Virus record (IMG/VR): IMGVR_UViG_3300044724_001206 | Coordinates: 1 to 32,270 of that record | Length of the DNA: 32,270 bases | From: a virus | Lineage: Duplodnaviria; Caudoviricetes | Reading direction: 5' to 3' (one strand) | Shown: piece after piece, positions 15,311 through 23,685 of the stretch | Position numbering within the stretch: position 1 is the stretch's first letter | Layout: every line of letters starts with the position of its first letter | Notes under the pieces: generated by a model | The model's input: the letters and a program-made list of their open reading frames with translations, nothing else | What the model was told of the DNA's origin: nothing | Database searches by the model: none | Made by a program: the position numbers and the translations under genes

Positions 15311-17059
15311 ATGAAAGTAGAAATTGATTTAAATAAAGATGGCTTGTTGCCTAAAAATGCTGTGGATATCTTGCGTGACAGGTATATGTTACCAGAAGAA
15401 ATAAGTCCACAAGAATCCTTTGCCAGAGCATGTATGGCTTTTGCAGATAACAAGGCGCATGCCGAGAGATTATATAAGTATGTATCTAATCTGTGGTTTA
15501 TGTTTGCTTCTCCTCTCTTATCTAATGGTGGTACAGACAGAGGTCTTCCCATCTCTTGCTTCTTGAATTATGTACCCGACAGCCGTACTGGATTGTCTGA
15601 ACACTATACAGAAAACATATGGTTGTCTAGTATGGGGGGCGGAATAGGGGGTTATTGGGGCCATATTCGCTCACAGGGACAGTCTACAAGCAAAGGTAAT
15701 AAAACTACAGGGGTAATTCCTTTTATGCACGTAGTGGACTCTCAAATGGTAGCATTTAACCAAGGCTCTACCAGACGTGGATCGTATGCCAGCTATATGG
15801 ATATATCTCACCCCGAAATTATAGAGTTTATGGAGATGAGAAAGCCAAGTGGCGGCGATGTCAACAGAAAGAATCTAAACCTGCATCATGGTGTGGTAAT
15901 ACCAGACAAGTTTATGAAGGCAGTTGAAGGTAATCTAGATTGGGATCTTGTAGATCCAAACAGCAAGGAAATAGTAAAGACAGTAAAAGCTAGAACCCTG
16001 TGGATAAAGTTGTTGGAAACTAGAGTTTCAACTGGTGAGCCGTATATCATGTTTGGAGATACAGTCAACAAACATTTACCCAAAGAATTAAAAGCTAAAG
16101 GTTTAAAGGTACATCAATCTAATTTATGTAGCGAGATTACCTTACCAACTGATGAAGATAGAACAGCCGTGTGTTGTTTATCGAGTTTAAATTTAGAATA
16201 CTTCGATGAGTGGTCAAAGGATGAAATGTTTTTAGAAGATATTGTTAGAATGTTAGACAATACTTTAACATCATTCATCAAATCTGCCCCCTCTACGATG
16301 TGGCGTGCTATTAAAAGCGCAGAGTCTGAAAGGTCTATTGGTTTAGGGACAATGGGTTTCCATTCGTACTTACAAAAGAGTGGCATTGCATTGCAAAGTC
16401 CAATGTCTATGGGGCCAAACCTAAAAATATTTAAACATATTAAAAAGAAATGTGATGAAGCTAATATGTTATTAGGAAAAGAAAGAGGCGAAGCGCCAGA
16501 CATGAAAGGCACCGGAAAAAGATTTTCTCACATGACTGCAATCGCACCGAATGCAAGTAGTTCGGTTATATGTGGGAACACCTCGCCAAGCATCGAGCCA
16601 CTACGTGCCAATGCATTCTCGCAGAAAACACTTAGTGGTTCTTTCTTGTTAAAGAATAAATATCTCGAGGCATTATTAGAAAAGAAAGGGCAGAACACGA
16701 AGGATGTATGGTCTAGTATCATCACATCGGGGGGCAGTGTACAGCACCTAGAATTTCTAACACCGCAGGAAAAGAATATATACAAGACAGCTATTGAAGT
16801 TGACCAAGCATGGTTAATAGATCTAGCGGCGGAACGTCAAAAATATATTGATCAAGCTCAGTCTTTAAATTTATTCTTCCCACCAGATGCGGATGTGAAA
16901 AGATTAAATAGCGTTCACAAAAGAGCGTGGTCAAAAGGATTAAAGACTTTGTATTATTTACGAAGCCAAGCTATCAAACGTGCGGAAAATGTTTCACTTA
17001 AAGTAGAACGACAAGTCCGTGAAGATAGTGAAGATGAATGTGTAATGTGTCAAGCGTAA
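15311..17059 (+). CDS. nrdA: Class I ribonucleotide reductase alpha subunit, lacking the N-terminal ATP cone
   Basis: PISCF, SNLCSEI, VCCLSSLNL, APNASS, KTLYY, C-terminal CVMC; ATG 15311 after GAGAGG. Confidence 0.97.
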   Translation: MKVEIDLNKDGLLPKNAVDILRDRYMLPEEISPQESFARACMAFADNKAHAERLYKYVSNLWFMFASPLLSNGGTDRGLPISCFLNYVPDSRTGLSEHYTENIWLSSMGGGIGGYWGHIRSQGQSTSKGNKTTGVIPFMHVVDSQMVAFNQGSTRRGSYASYMDISHPEIIEFMEMRKPSGGDVNRKNLNLHHGVVIPDKFMKAVEGNLDWDLVDPNSKEIVKTVKARTLWIKLLETRVSTGEPYIMFGDTVNKHLPKELKAKGLKVHQSNLCSEITLPTDEDRTAVCCLSSLNLEYFDEWSKDEMFLEDIVRMLDNTLTSFIKSAPSTMWRAIKSAESERSIGLGTMGFHSYLQKSGIALQSPMSMGPNLKIFKHIKKKCDEANMLLGKERGEAPDMKGTGKRFSHMTAIAPNASSSVICGNTSPSIEPLRANAFSQKTLSGSFLLKNKYLEALLEKKGQNTKDVWSSIITSGGSVQHLEFLTPQEKNIYKTAIEVDQAWLIDLAAERQKYIDQAQSLNLFFPPDADVKRLNSVHKRAWSKGLKTLYYLRSQAIKRAENVSLKVERQVREDSEDECVMCQA

Positions 17060-17068
17060 GGAGGATTG

Positions 17069-18028
17069 ATGTCAGTATTTGAAGAAAGAAGTTATTATAA
17101 ACCATTCCAATATCCATGGGCTTTTGAGTCCTATGATATGCAACAGAAGATGCACTGGCTACCAAGTGAAGTGCCCCTTCATGAAGATGTAAATGATTGG
17201 AACAACCGTATGAGTGTAGCAGAAAAGAATTTAGTAAAACAAATACTAACTTTTTTTACACAGGGTGATGTTGATATTGCACAAGCATATATGGATGTCT
17301 ATATTCCTATGTTCAAACAACCAGAAATTAGAATGATGCTATCTGCTATCGCTACAAGTGAAGCAAACCATGCACACTCTTATTCTTTGTTGAATGATAC
17401 AATAGGTATGGATGATAAAGAATATAAAGCGTTTCAAGAATATGCAGCCATGAACGACAAGCATAATTATCTCTGGCAAAATAAAGGGGGCACAAGAGAT
17501 GAGAAACTTGTACGGGACATGGCTGTCTTCTCAGCATTTGGCGAAGGACTGCAGTTGTTTGCAAGCTTCGTCATGTTGCTGAACTTCCAACGTCATGGAA
17601 AGATGAAAGGCATGGGGCAAATCGTAGCGTGGTCTATACGTGACGAGTCTCATCATGTAGAAAGTATGATGAAGTTATTTCATTGTCTATTGGATGAGAA
17701 GCCTCATGTCTGGAACGACACGTTTAAGAAAAGTTTATATGATATATGCCGAGACATGGTAACGTTAGAGGATAGGTTTATTGATCTGGCTTTTGAACTA
17801 GGGCCAGTAGAAGGACTAGAACCTCATGAAGTTAAACAGTATATAAGGTATATAGCAGATAGAAGATTACTGCAGTTAGGATTAAAGCCTAACTTTGGAG
17901 TAAAAGAAAACCCTCTCGAGTGGGTCGACTGGGTAATAAATGGTGTAGAGCACACGAACTTTTTTGAAAATAGATCTACGGAGTACACAAAGGGTGCATT
18001 ACAAGGATCTTGGGACGATGCTTTTTAA
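17069..18028 (+). CDS. nrdB: Class Ia ribonucleotide reductase beta subunit
   Basis: HWLP.E, FFTQGD, EANHAHSY (radical Tyr present), EG..LF, DESHH, NFFE..STEY; SD AAGGAGG. Confidence 0.97.
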   Translation: MSVFEERSYYKPFQYPWAFESYDMQQKMHWLPSEVPLHEDVNDWNNRMSVAEKNLVKQILTFFTQGDVDIAQAYMDVYIPMFKQPEIRMMLSAIATSEANHAHSYSLLNDTIGMDDKEYKAFQEYAAMNDKHNYLWQNKGGTRDEKLVRDMAVFSAFGEGLQLFASFVMLLNFQRHGKMKGMGQIVAWSIRDESHHVESMMKLFHCLLDEKPHVWNDTFKKSLYDICRDMVTLEDRFIDLAFELGPVEGLEPHEVKQYIRYIADRRLLQLGLKPNFGVKENPLEWVDWVINGVEHTNFFENRSTEYTKGALQGSWDDAF

Positions 18029-18038
18029 AATAAAAGTG

Positions 18039-18067
18039 TTGACTTTAAAAATGTTTTGTGCTATTAT
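18039..18067 (+). promoter_or_regulatory. sigma70-type promoter
   Basis: TTGACT -N17- TATTAT with TGn extension. Confidence 0.65.
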
Positions 18068-18075
18068 ATAATCTT

Positions 18076-18127
18076 GGGGGGCAGAACGAGGCTAACTATG
18101 ATCACTCTTAGTTAGCTTCACTGTTTT
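18076..18127 (+). promoter_or_regulatory. Structured 5' leader, attenuator or terminator hairpin
   Basis: GAGGCTAACTA 18088-18098 pairs with TAGTTAGCTTC 18109-18119; lower stem GGGGCAG/CTGTTTT. Confidence 0.55.
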
Positions 18128-18132
18128 AGTGT

Positions 18133-18450
18133 GTGGATTTTACGACAGAACAATTAAAAAATTATATTAAAGACTATCAGAAGCGCGGTAAAGAAGCGTA
18201 TTCTAGATCACGAAGTACCCGTGTTGATATCAAAGACCGGGCGAAATATCATAGAGACTATCTTGATTCGCAAGCTATGATACGTAACATCAATAGTAAA
18301 TTAACAAAGAACGAATGGTTGTATGATGACTTACCAAATGGACATCACATAAAACATTTTAGAGTTCTAGCATCTGGTGATCCCAACAGGGTTGGTAAAT
18401 TAATAGATGGTTTTGGAAGAGAGTATGATGTACCAAGAGAAAGAAACTAA
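18133..18450 (+). CDS. Basic hypothetical protein (GTG start)
   Basis: 105 aa ORF downstream of the promoter and hairpin. Confidence 0.7.
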   Translation: MDFTTEQLKNYIKDYQKRGKEAYSRSRSTRVDIKDRAKYHRDYLDSQAMIRNINSKLTKNEWLYDDLPNGHHIKHFRVLASGDPNRVGKLIDGFGREYDVPRERN

Positions 18451-18655
18451 GTACGATGGTTACGCTAAGAAATTGTTTTATGATTGGCGTAACAAAAGAA
18501 AAATAAGACTGCCCATTTGGGAGAAACTAAATTACAAAGACCGAGATGAGTGGCGCGGTGTGGCTCAACTCATGAAACGTGAAAGAAAAGAAATGAAAAA
18601 ACTTTTCAAAAATACAGGAGATAAACATGAAAGACAAACTACTCGAAGCCGTTAA
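18425..18655 (+). CDS. Small basic hypothetical protein (start uncertain)
   Basis: In frame with track ORF 18407-18655; WEKL..KDRDEWR pattern. Confidence 0.65.
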   Translation: MMYQEKETKYDGYAKKLFYDWRNKRKIRLPIWEKLNYKDRDEWRGVAQLMKRERKEMKKLFKNTGDKHERQTTRSR

Positions 18656-19859
18656 TGCAGTTGTCTTAGCTAAGGGTAATAAATCAGATGCGGCTCGTAA
18701 ATTAAATATACCAAGGCCAACATTGATGACCCGTTTAGCGGCGGCGGAGCGTGAGAACATAGCACCTTCTGTTAAATCGCCAGACTTAGAAGTAGCTTTA
18801 GCGGAACAAAAGATGACGTATGAATTGCAGGTACGGGATTTAAAGAAACAACTAGAAGAGTCTACGTTACATAACATTACTGCAAGTTATGTTCGTAAAC
18901 ATATATTTAAATTAGGTGAGCACGAACCTAACCCACCGGAGTGGTTAATAAAAGCAAAGCCATCTAAGAGTACGCCGGGCGTACCTACATTATTCTTATC
19001 AGACTTTCACTACGGAGAAGTTGTAAAGAAAGATGCGGTTAATAATTTAAATAGCTTCAATAAAAAAATATCACAGAAGAGATTAAAAGAAACAGTAGAA
19101 AATGCTATTGATCTATGTCATAATCATATGGTCAATCCAAACTATCCGGGCATTGTCTTAGCGTTAGGTGGTGACATGATGTCTGGAAACATTCATGATG
19201 AATTAACCGAGACAAATGATGGCACAACTATCGATCATGTACTGGAATTGTTTGATCAAATGATATGGACAATTACTACATTGGCTGATAAGTTTGGTAA
19301 AGTATTTGTTCCAACAAGTTATGGTAATCACTCTCGTGCTTATCAACAATACAGGAACAAAGAAGCGGCGCATTTAAGTTTTGATTGGATGCTGTATAAT
19401 TTATTAGAGAAACATTTTAAATCTATTAAAGATACAAGAATTAAATTTCAGATACCAACTGGATTCGATGCATACTATAAAGTATACGACACTACATACC
19501 TACTAACACATGGAGATAGACTCGGTGTACGAGGAGGTACTGGTATTGTCGGAATGCTTGGGCCTATTGCAAGAGGAGTTCAGAAGGTTAGATCAGAATA
19601 TACTAGCGTTGGTAAGTCCATTGACTATGTTATCATGGGGCACTTCCACCAGTATATTTCTATCAAAGGAGCCATTGTAAATGGTTCCCTCAAAGGCTAT
19701 GACGAGTACGCTATGAGTAATCGTTTCGCTTTTGAAACACCTAAACAGGCTTTATGGTTTACACACCCCCAACATGGTGTGACTTTCCAAGTTCCTATCA
19801 TTGCAGAAGATGCACCGATTAAGAAACGAAAGAAAGAATGGCTTCAATGGGCGTCATAA
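18627..19859 (+). CDS. Calcineurin-like metallophosphoesterase with N-terminal Fis-like HTH and coiled coil
   Basis: GNKSDAARKLNIPRPTL HTH; SDFHYG, GGDMMSG, GNH, THGD, GHFHQ metal-binding motifs. Confidence 0.88.
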   Translation: MKDKLLEAVNAVVLAKGNKSDAARKLNIPRPTLMTRLAAAERENIAPSVKSPDLEVALAEQKMTYELQVRDLKKQLEESTLHNITASYVRKHIFKLGEHEPNPPEWLIKAKPSKSTPGVPTLFLSDFHYGEVVKKDAVNNLNSFNKKISQKRLKETVENAIDLCHNHMVNPNYPGIVLALGGDMMSGNIHDELTETNDGTTIDHVLELFDQMIWTITTLADKFGKVFVPTSYGNHSRAYQQYRNKEAAHLSFDWMLYNLLEKHFKSIKDTRIKFQIPTGFDAYYKVYDTTYLLTHGDRLGVRGGTGIVGMLGPIARGVQKVRSEYTSVGKSIDYVIMGHFHQYISIKGAIVNGSLKGYDEYAMSNRFAFETPKQALWFTHPQHGVTFQVPIIAEDAPIKKRKKEWLQWAS

Positions 19860-19868
19860 ATCCGATTC

Positions 19869-19893
19869 AAAGGGGGTTGCAACTGCCCCCTTT
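19869..19893 (+). terminator. Intrinsic terminator-like hairpin (possibly bidirectional)
   Basis: AAAGGGGG-TTGCAACTG-CCCCCTTT, just after the stop at 19859. Confidence 0.65.
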
Positions 19894-19905
19894 GTCTGAT
19901 ATAAT
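19877..19905 (+). promoter_or_regulatory. sigma70-type promoter for the lysis/envelope cluster, overlapping the terminator
   Basis: TTGCAA -N17- TATAAT with TGn extension. Confidence 0.7.
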
Positions 19906-19922
19906 GCAGCTTGGAGGTTATT

Positions 19923-20051
19923 ATGAATGATAACAAATGGACAGAAGATCAACAGTTTGCTATGGGTATTGTAAAAATTGGTGGCGATGCTGTGAAAGAA
20001 GGAGAATCAAATGGTGACTCGAGCGCAAACGAAGAAAATGGTGGAGAATAA
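19923..20051 (+). CDS. 42 aa acidic peptide (not in ORF track)
   Basis: MNDNKWTEDQQFAMGIVKIGGDAVKEGESNGDSSANEENGGE; SD GGAGG at 19913. Confidence 0.65.
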   Translation: MNDNKWTEDQQFAMGIVKIGGDAVKEGESNGDSSANEENGGE

Positions 20052-20052
20052 A

Positions 20053-20202
20053 ATGGATTTAAAGAAAATGAAAAGACAAGGAAAAGGTAGCTATGGCAAT
20101 CCTTTTTCAGCAGGATCTAGCACTGTAAAGAAAAAACCTAAGAAAAAATACGGTGCTCCAAAGAAAAAGAAAATGGGAATGCCAAAACGTAAAATAGCAT
20201 AA
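20053..20202 (+). CDS. Very Lys-rich small protein (possible DNA-condensing protein)
   Basis: MDLKKMKRQGKG...KKKPKKKYGAPKKKKMGMPKRKIA; SD GGAG; the longer start at 20011 is also possible. Confidence 0.65.
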   Translation: MDLKKMKRQGKGSYGNPFSAGSSTVKKKPKKKYGAPKKKKMGMPKRKIA

Positions 20203-20438
20203 TGATTAAAATATTTTTAATGGTGGCGTTTATGTCATCGCCGCCATGGCCTTCTGTTAGAACACAATCGTATGTGTATGCAGATCAACCAACATGTCAA
20301 CAAGCGGTAGCAGATTTTTTTAATTACTATGAATCCCAAAGTGAGTTCTATAAAAGCAACGTTGTAGTAGATGCACATTGTTTAGAGTTTGAATCATTTA
20401 TGATACCGGGATTTGAGCCAATGAGTTATGGATCCTGA
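20202..20438 (+). CDS. Small protein with hydrophobic N-terminus and two Cys
   Basis: 78 aa; TAATG coupling. Confidence 0.7.
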   Translation: MIKIFLMVAFMSSPPWPSVRTQSYVYADQPTCQQAVADFFNYYESQSEFYKSNVVVDAHCLEFESFMIPGFEPMSYGS

Positions 20439-20568
20439 TATGTGTCAAAATTGTGACCATGCGTGTCACTGTAGTAGTGGCGGTTCTTGCATGGGCGGTC
20501 AGTGTGAATGCGCTAACTGTGAACACAAATCAACTGAAGAAGAAAGAGTTTGGGATGGTGGGTATTGA
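20428..20568 (+). CDS. Cys/His-rich metallothionein-like peptide (not in ORF track)
   Basis: MDPDMCQNCDHACHCSSGGSCMGGQCECANCEHKSTEEERVWDGGY: 8 Cys and 3 His within 28 residues; alternative start at ATG 20440. Confidence 0.65.
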   Translation: MDPDMCQNCDHACHCSSGGSCMGGQCECANCEHKSTEEERVWDGGY

Positions 20569-21088
20569 TGCATTGATGAATCTTGTGCAAGCAGTTAAAG
20601 AAGCTGTTGGTGCAGGCACTGATAGTCCGCAACAAGAAATAATAGATCTGTTAAAAGACAAAGGATATAGCGACAAAGCTATAGCTGGTATCTTAGGTAA
20701 TATAGAGTTAGAAACTGGCGGAACATTTGATTATCAACAAAAAGAAAAAGGTAAAGGTGAAGGCTATGGTTTATTTCAGTTTGATCCGGGAGGTATGTTG
20801 CCTTACTACAATAAATACTTAGAAGAATCTGGCATGTCTGATTCAGCAGTAGCGCAAATAGATTTTATGGATAAAGTAGCAAAGGGTGAGATAACTTATT
20901 TTGATGGTGAAAGAGACGCACCAATATTAGGTGGTGGTAATGTTAATAAATTACAAGAGTCTTTTAACAAAGATAACGTAGCAGAAATAGCAAAAGATTT
21001 TAATAAACTTTTTGAAAAAGGAAAAATGGAAACAGAATATGGCAAAAGAGATGAGCTTGCTGAAAAAAATTACAGTCTGTATTTCTAA
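20555..21088 (+). CDS. Phage_lysozyme2-type (phage tail lysozyme) muramidase; candidate endolysin
   Basis: L..KGYS..AIAGILGNI..E.G and GYGLFQF motifs; next to a holin-like gene; start uncertain (20555 or 20576). Confidence 0.82.
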   Translation: MVGIDALMNLVQAVKEAVGAGTDSPQQEIIDLLKDKGYSDKAIAGILGNIELETGGTFDYQQKEKGKGEGYGLFQFDPGGMLPYYNKYLEESGMSDSAVAQIDFMDKVAKGEITYFDGERDAPILGGGNVNKLQESFNKDNVAEIAKDFNKLFEKGKMETEYGKRDELAEKNYSLYF

Positions 21089-21178
21089 TGAATGGAATGG
21101 TTAATAGCAATTATTACAGGAGCAATAGTCCGAGAGGGCATAACAGAAGCAACCCAAGTAACAAATGGAGGAGTTAAT

Positions 21179-21616
21179 ATGTTAGGAGGATTACCTGTAG
21201 AAATGATTACAATGCTTGGCTCAAGCATACTGGGTGGCGTAATGTCTATCTGGTCGCAGAGTATTAAAGCAAAACAAGATGAGCAAAAAATGTTATTGGC
21301 AAGAGCTGATAAACAGATGTCTTTCGTAGAGAAAGCAAGAACATATGAGAACAAAGGGTTTCAGTTTACCCGAAGGGTTATAGCTTTATCAGCGGTATTT
21401 GCTATAATTGTGTGGCCAAAAGTTGTACCAGTATTTTTTGATACAAGTGTTTGGATTACATGGACTGAGTTGTCAAGAGGATTTCTATTCTTGATAGAAC
21501 AAAAAGAGGTGGTAATGGATAAAGAGTTTTTTGGAATAGTAATAACTCCTCTAGATACACACTTAATGTCAGCAATCGTAGGTTTGTATTTTGGAGGTAG
21601 CCTTGTTAAAAAATAG
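21179..21616 (+). CDS. Holin-like three-TM membrane protein
   Basis: N-terminal Gly-rich hydrophobic helix, TRR.IA TM, and a C-terminal TM ending GLYFGG..KK, resembling 3TM/GTA holins. Strong SD GGAGGAG before ATG 21179 (track start 21092 also possible). Confidence 0.7.
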   Translation: MLGGLPVEMITMLGSSILGGVMSIWSQSIKAKQDEQKMLLARADKQMSFVEKARTYENKGFQFTRRVIALSAVFAIIVWPKVVPVFFDTSVWITWTELSRGFLFLIEQKEVVMDKEFFGIVITPLDTHLMSAIVGLYFGGSLVKK

Positions 21617-22301
21617 TTTATTAGTATTATTAATTGTATGTCTAACCACTGTAACCTTTGCAACAGATACCAACACGCAATCAAATCAAAGTGGTTCCAA
21701 CACCAACATAACAGGAGGGTACACTGCGACAACGAATAACACCTACTCTGGGGGGCAAACGAACACCACGACCAATTCCACTACATCAACTACCAATGGG
21801 TCAGATATACCTCCACCATCAGCAAATAGCCCATCCTACTCGAGCATGTCTCAAGATGTTTGCTCAATGGGTATTAGCGGTTCTGTTAGCACTGGGGTCT
21901 TTGGCCTTTCTGGCGGCAAACATGTAGTTGACGAGAACTGTGAGCGAATTAAACTCGCAAAAGTTCTGCAAGATTTTGGTATGAAGGTGGCAAGTGTGGC
22001 AGTATTGTGTCAAGATCCACGAGTGTTTCAAGCAATGGAATCAGCAGGTACTCCGTGTCCGTTTGAAGGAAAGATTGGTAAAGAAGCGGCTGACTTATGG
22101 GCAACATATGTTGAGCTTCGACCAGACTATGAATGGCACATGAAGAAGATAGAATTAAAAGGCAAAGTTGATGCGGCTATAATGTTAGAAGAAGAAAAAC
22201 AGAGGGCGGCAGAAGAAAAACAAAAAGAGATAAAGGAAACTTATGTTAAAAAAGAGTCTACTCATAATAGCACTCTGCCTCCTACCGCTCCACACCAGTA
22301 A
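21591..22301 (+). CDS. Exported protein with Thr/Ser/Asn-rich linker, 4-Cys domain and C-terminal coiled coil
   Basis: Signal-peptide-like KNSLLVLLIVCLTTVTFA; PPPSA.SP, DVC, DENCERIKL, LCQDPRV, GTPCP. Confidence 0.75.
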   Translation: MEVALLKNSLLVLLIVCLTTVTFATDTNTQSNQSGSNTNITGGYTATTNNTYSGGQTNTTTNSTTSTTNGSDIPPPSANSPSYSSMSQDVCSMGISGSVSTGVFGLSGGKHVVDENCERIKLAKVLQDFGMKVASVAVLCQDPRVFQAMESAGTPCPFEGKIGKEAADLWATYVELRPDYEWHMKKIELKGKVDAAIMLEEEKQRAAEEKQKEIKETYVKKESTHNSTLPPTAPHQ

Positions 22302-23685
22302 AGCAGATACTACAGGAAACCTATTATCAAATTCTACGTTTGATGATGGATCGTTAACAGGTTGGACAACCAATGACTCTAGTCAATATCATGATGGTGT
22401 TGGTAATGAATGTTTGGGGGGCAGCATAGATTTTGATTCAAGTGGTTGCGGTACAAGCGGTTCCGTGGCGTTTGTGCATGAGGGTTATATCGAACAAACT
22501 GTTTCTCTGCAAGAAGACGGCGGCTTAACTAAACAAGAAATCAATCAAGGCTTTGAATCTACAGTATCCGCGGATGCGTGGTTCTGGGGTGGTTCTAATG
22601 ATTCAGTTATTCTTAGACAAACTTTAGTAGATGATAACGGAAATGTTACAGTACAAACAAGAACGATTACAGGGTCAACAGATACGGTATACACTAACCA
22701 GTATGCTACATACACGGATAAAATAATTGTATCATCCAACACTCAAGAAGATTACGACATAACAGTTAGAGTTACGGGCACGGATGGCGGCGGAATTTCT
22801 GGTGGGCATAATGCCCCCGACCTCGATAACGTAACGTTAGATGTTACGTATCAACAGTATGTACCTGTTACCATTGAAGAAGAATTTGAAATAGAAGATG
22901 TTAAAATTAAATGGGAAGACGTTATAGATGATTTTGATACACAGTTTATCGTAGAAGATTATGAAGTTTCTTCTGCTTTCGAAGACGAAAGTTTTGAAGA
23001 AGTTGTAACGGAAGACTTTACAGAGTTTGAAGTTGCAGAAACAATGGAGGAACCAACCTATGAAGAAGAACTAGAAGAACCTGATAGTATAATGGAAGAG
23101 CCTAGCGGCGAAACATTTGACGAAGAACCAGAACCAAAAACTGAGGAGGTTCAAGATGAAGATACTATGGACGAATCTGGTGAGACAATGGAAGAAGAGC
23201 CAGCAAACGAAGGAAGCGCATCGGAGGTTGCTAAGAATGAAGATGAAGAAATGGAAGAAGGAGAATCCGATAGCGAAGACACTGAGGACACCGAGATACA
23301 AACTGCAGAGGGAAGCTCTGAAAAGAAAGTATCATCGACCGAGGCAAAAGCTAAACTCTCTGAAGATGTTGGAGGAACTTCAGTAAAATTACAGACAGTG
23401 GAAAAACAGTTATCGACGTTAGATAAATTGTTAATCCAACCAGAGTTAGATGAATATAAAGAGGTAGCTTTTTATAAAGCAAAAGATATTTACCTCAATA
23501 ACAATGTAGAATTATTTGAGAATCAGATAGACTTGGGGGCATATAGTGTCTCTATATATACTAATGTCTCCCTATCTGATTATAAACTAAATGATCCTAT
23601 GGAAATATTTAACAATAGAGTAGAATTTTTAGCTAGACAAAAGCTTTCAATTATGATAGAGTTGAAAAAACTAAAGGAGAACTAA
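22243..23685 (+). CDS. Exported protein with carbohydrate-binding (jelly-roll)-like domain and very acidic linker
   Basis: Signal peptide MLKKSLLIIALCLLPLHTSKA; NLL.N..F.DG...GW and LDNV.L motifs typical of CBM-like folds; ~170 aa E/D-rich tract. Confidence 0.75.
   Translation: MLKKSLLIIALCLLPLHTSKADTTGNLLSNSTFDDGSLTGWTTNDSSQYHDGVGNECLGGSIDFDSSGCGTSGSVAFVHEGYIEQTVSLQEDGGLTKQEINQGFESTVSADAWFWGGSNDSVILRQTLVDDNGNVTVQTRTITGSTDTVYTNQYATYTDKIIVSSNTQEDYDITVRVTGTDGGGISGGHNAPDLDNVTLDVTYQQYVPVTIEEEFEIEDVKIKWEDVIDDFDTQFIVEDYEVSSAFEDESFEEVVTEDFTEFEVAETMEEPTYEEELEEPDSIMEEPSGETFDEEPEPKTEEVQDEDTMDESGETMEEEPANEGSASEVAKNEDEEMEEGESDSEDTEDTEIQTAEGSSEKKVSSTEAKAKLSEDVGGTSVKLQTVEKQLSTLDKLLIQPELDEYKEVAFYKAKDIYLNNNVELFENQIDLGAYSVSIYTNVSLSDYKLNDPMEIFNNRVEFLARQKLSIMIELKKLKEN

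Noticed and set aside
20453-20554. Signal-peptide-like N-terminal extension of the lysozyme (MRVTVVVAVLAWAVSVNA)
   Set aside because: Val/Ala richness is the expected +1-frame shadow of TGY Cys codons in the overlapping Cys-rich ORF, and there is no SD. Dual coding is not fully excluded.
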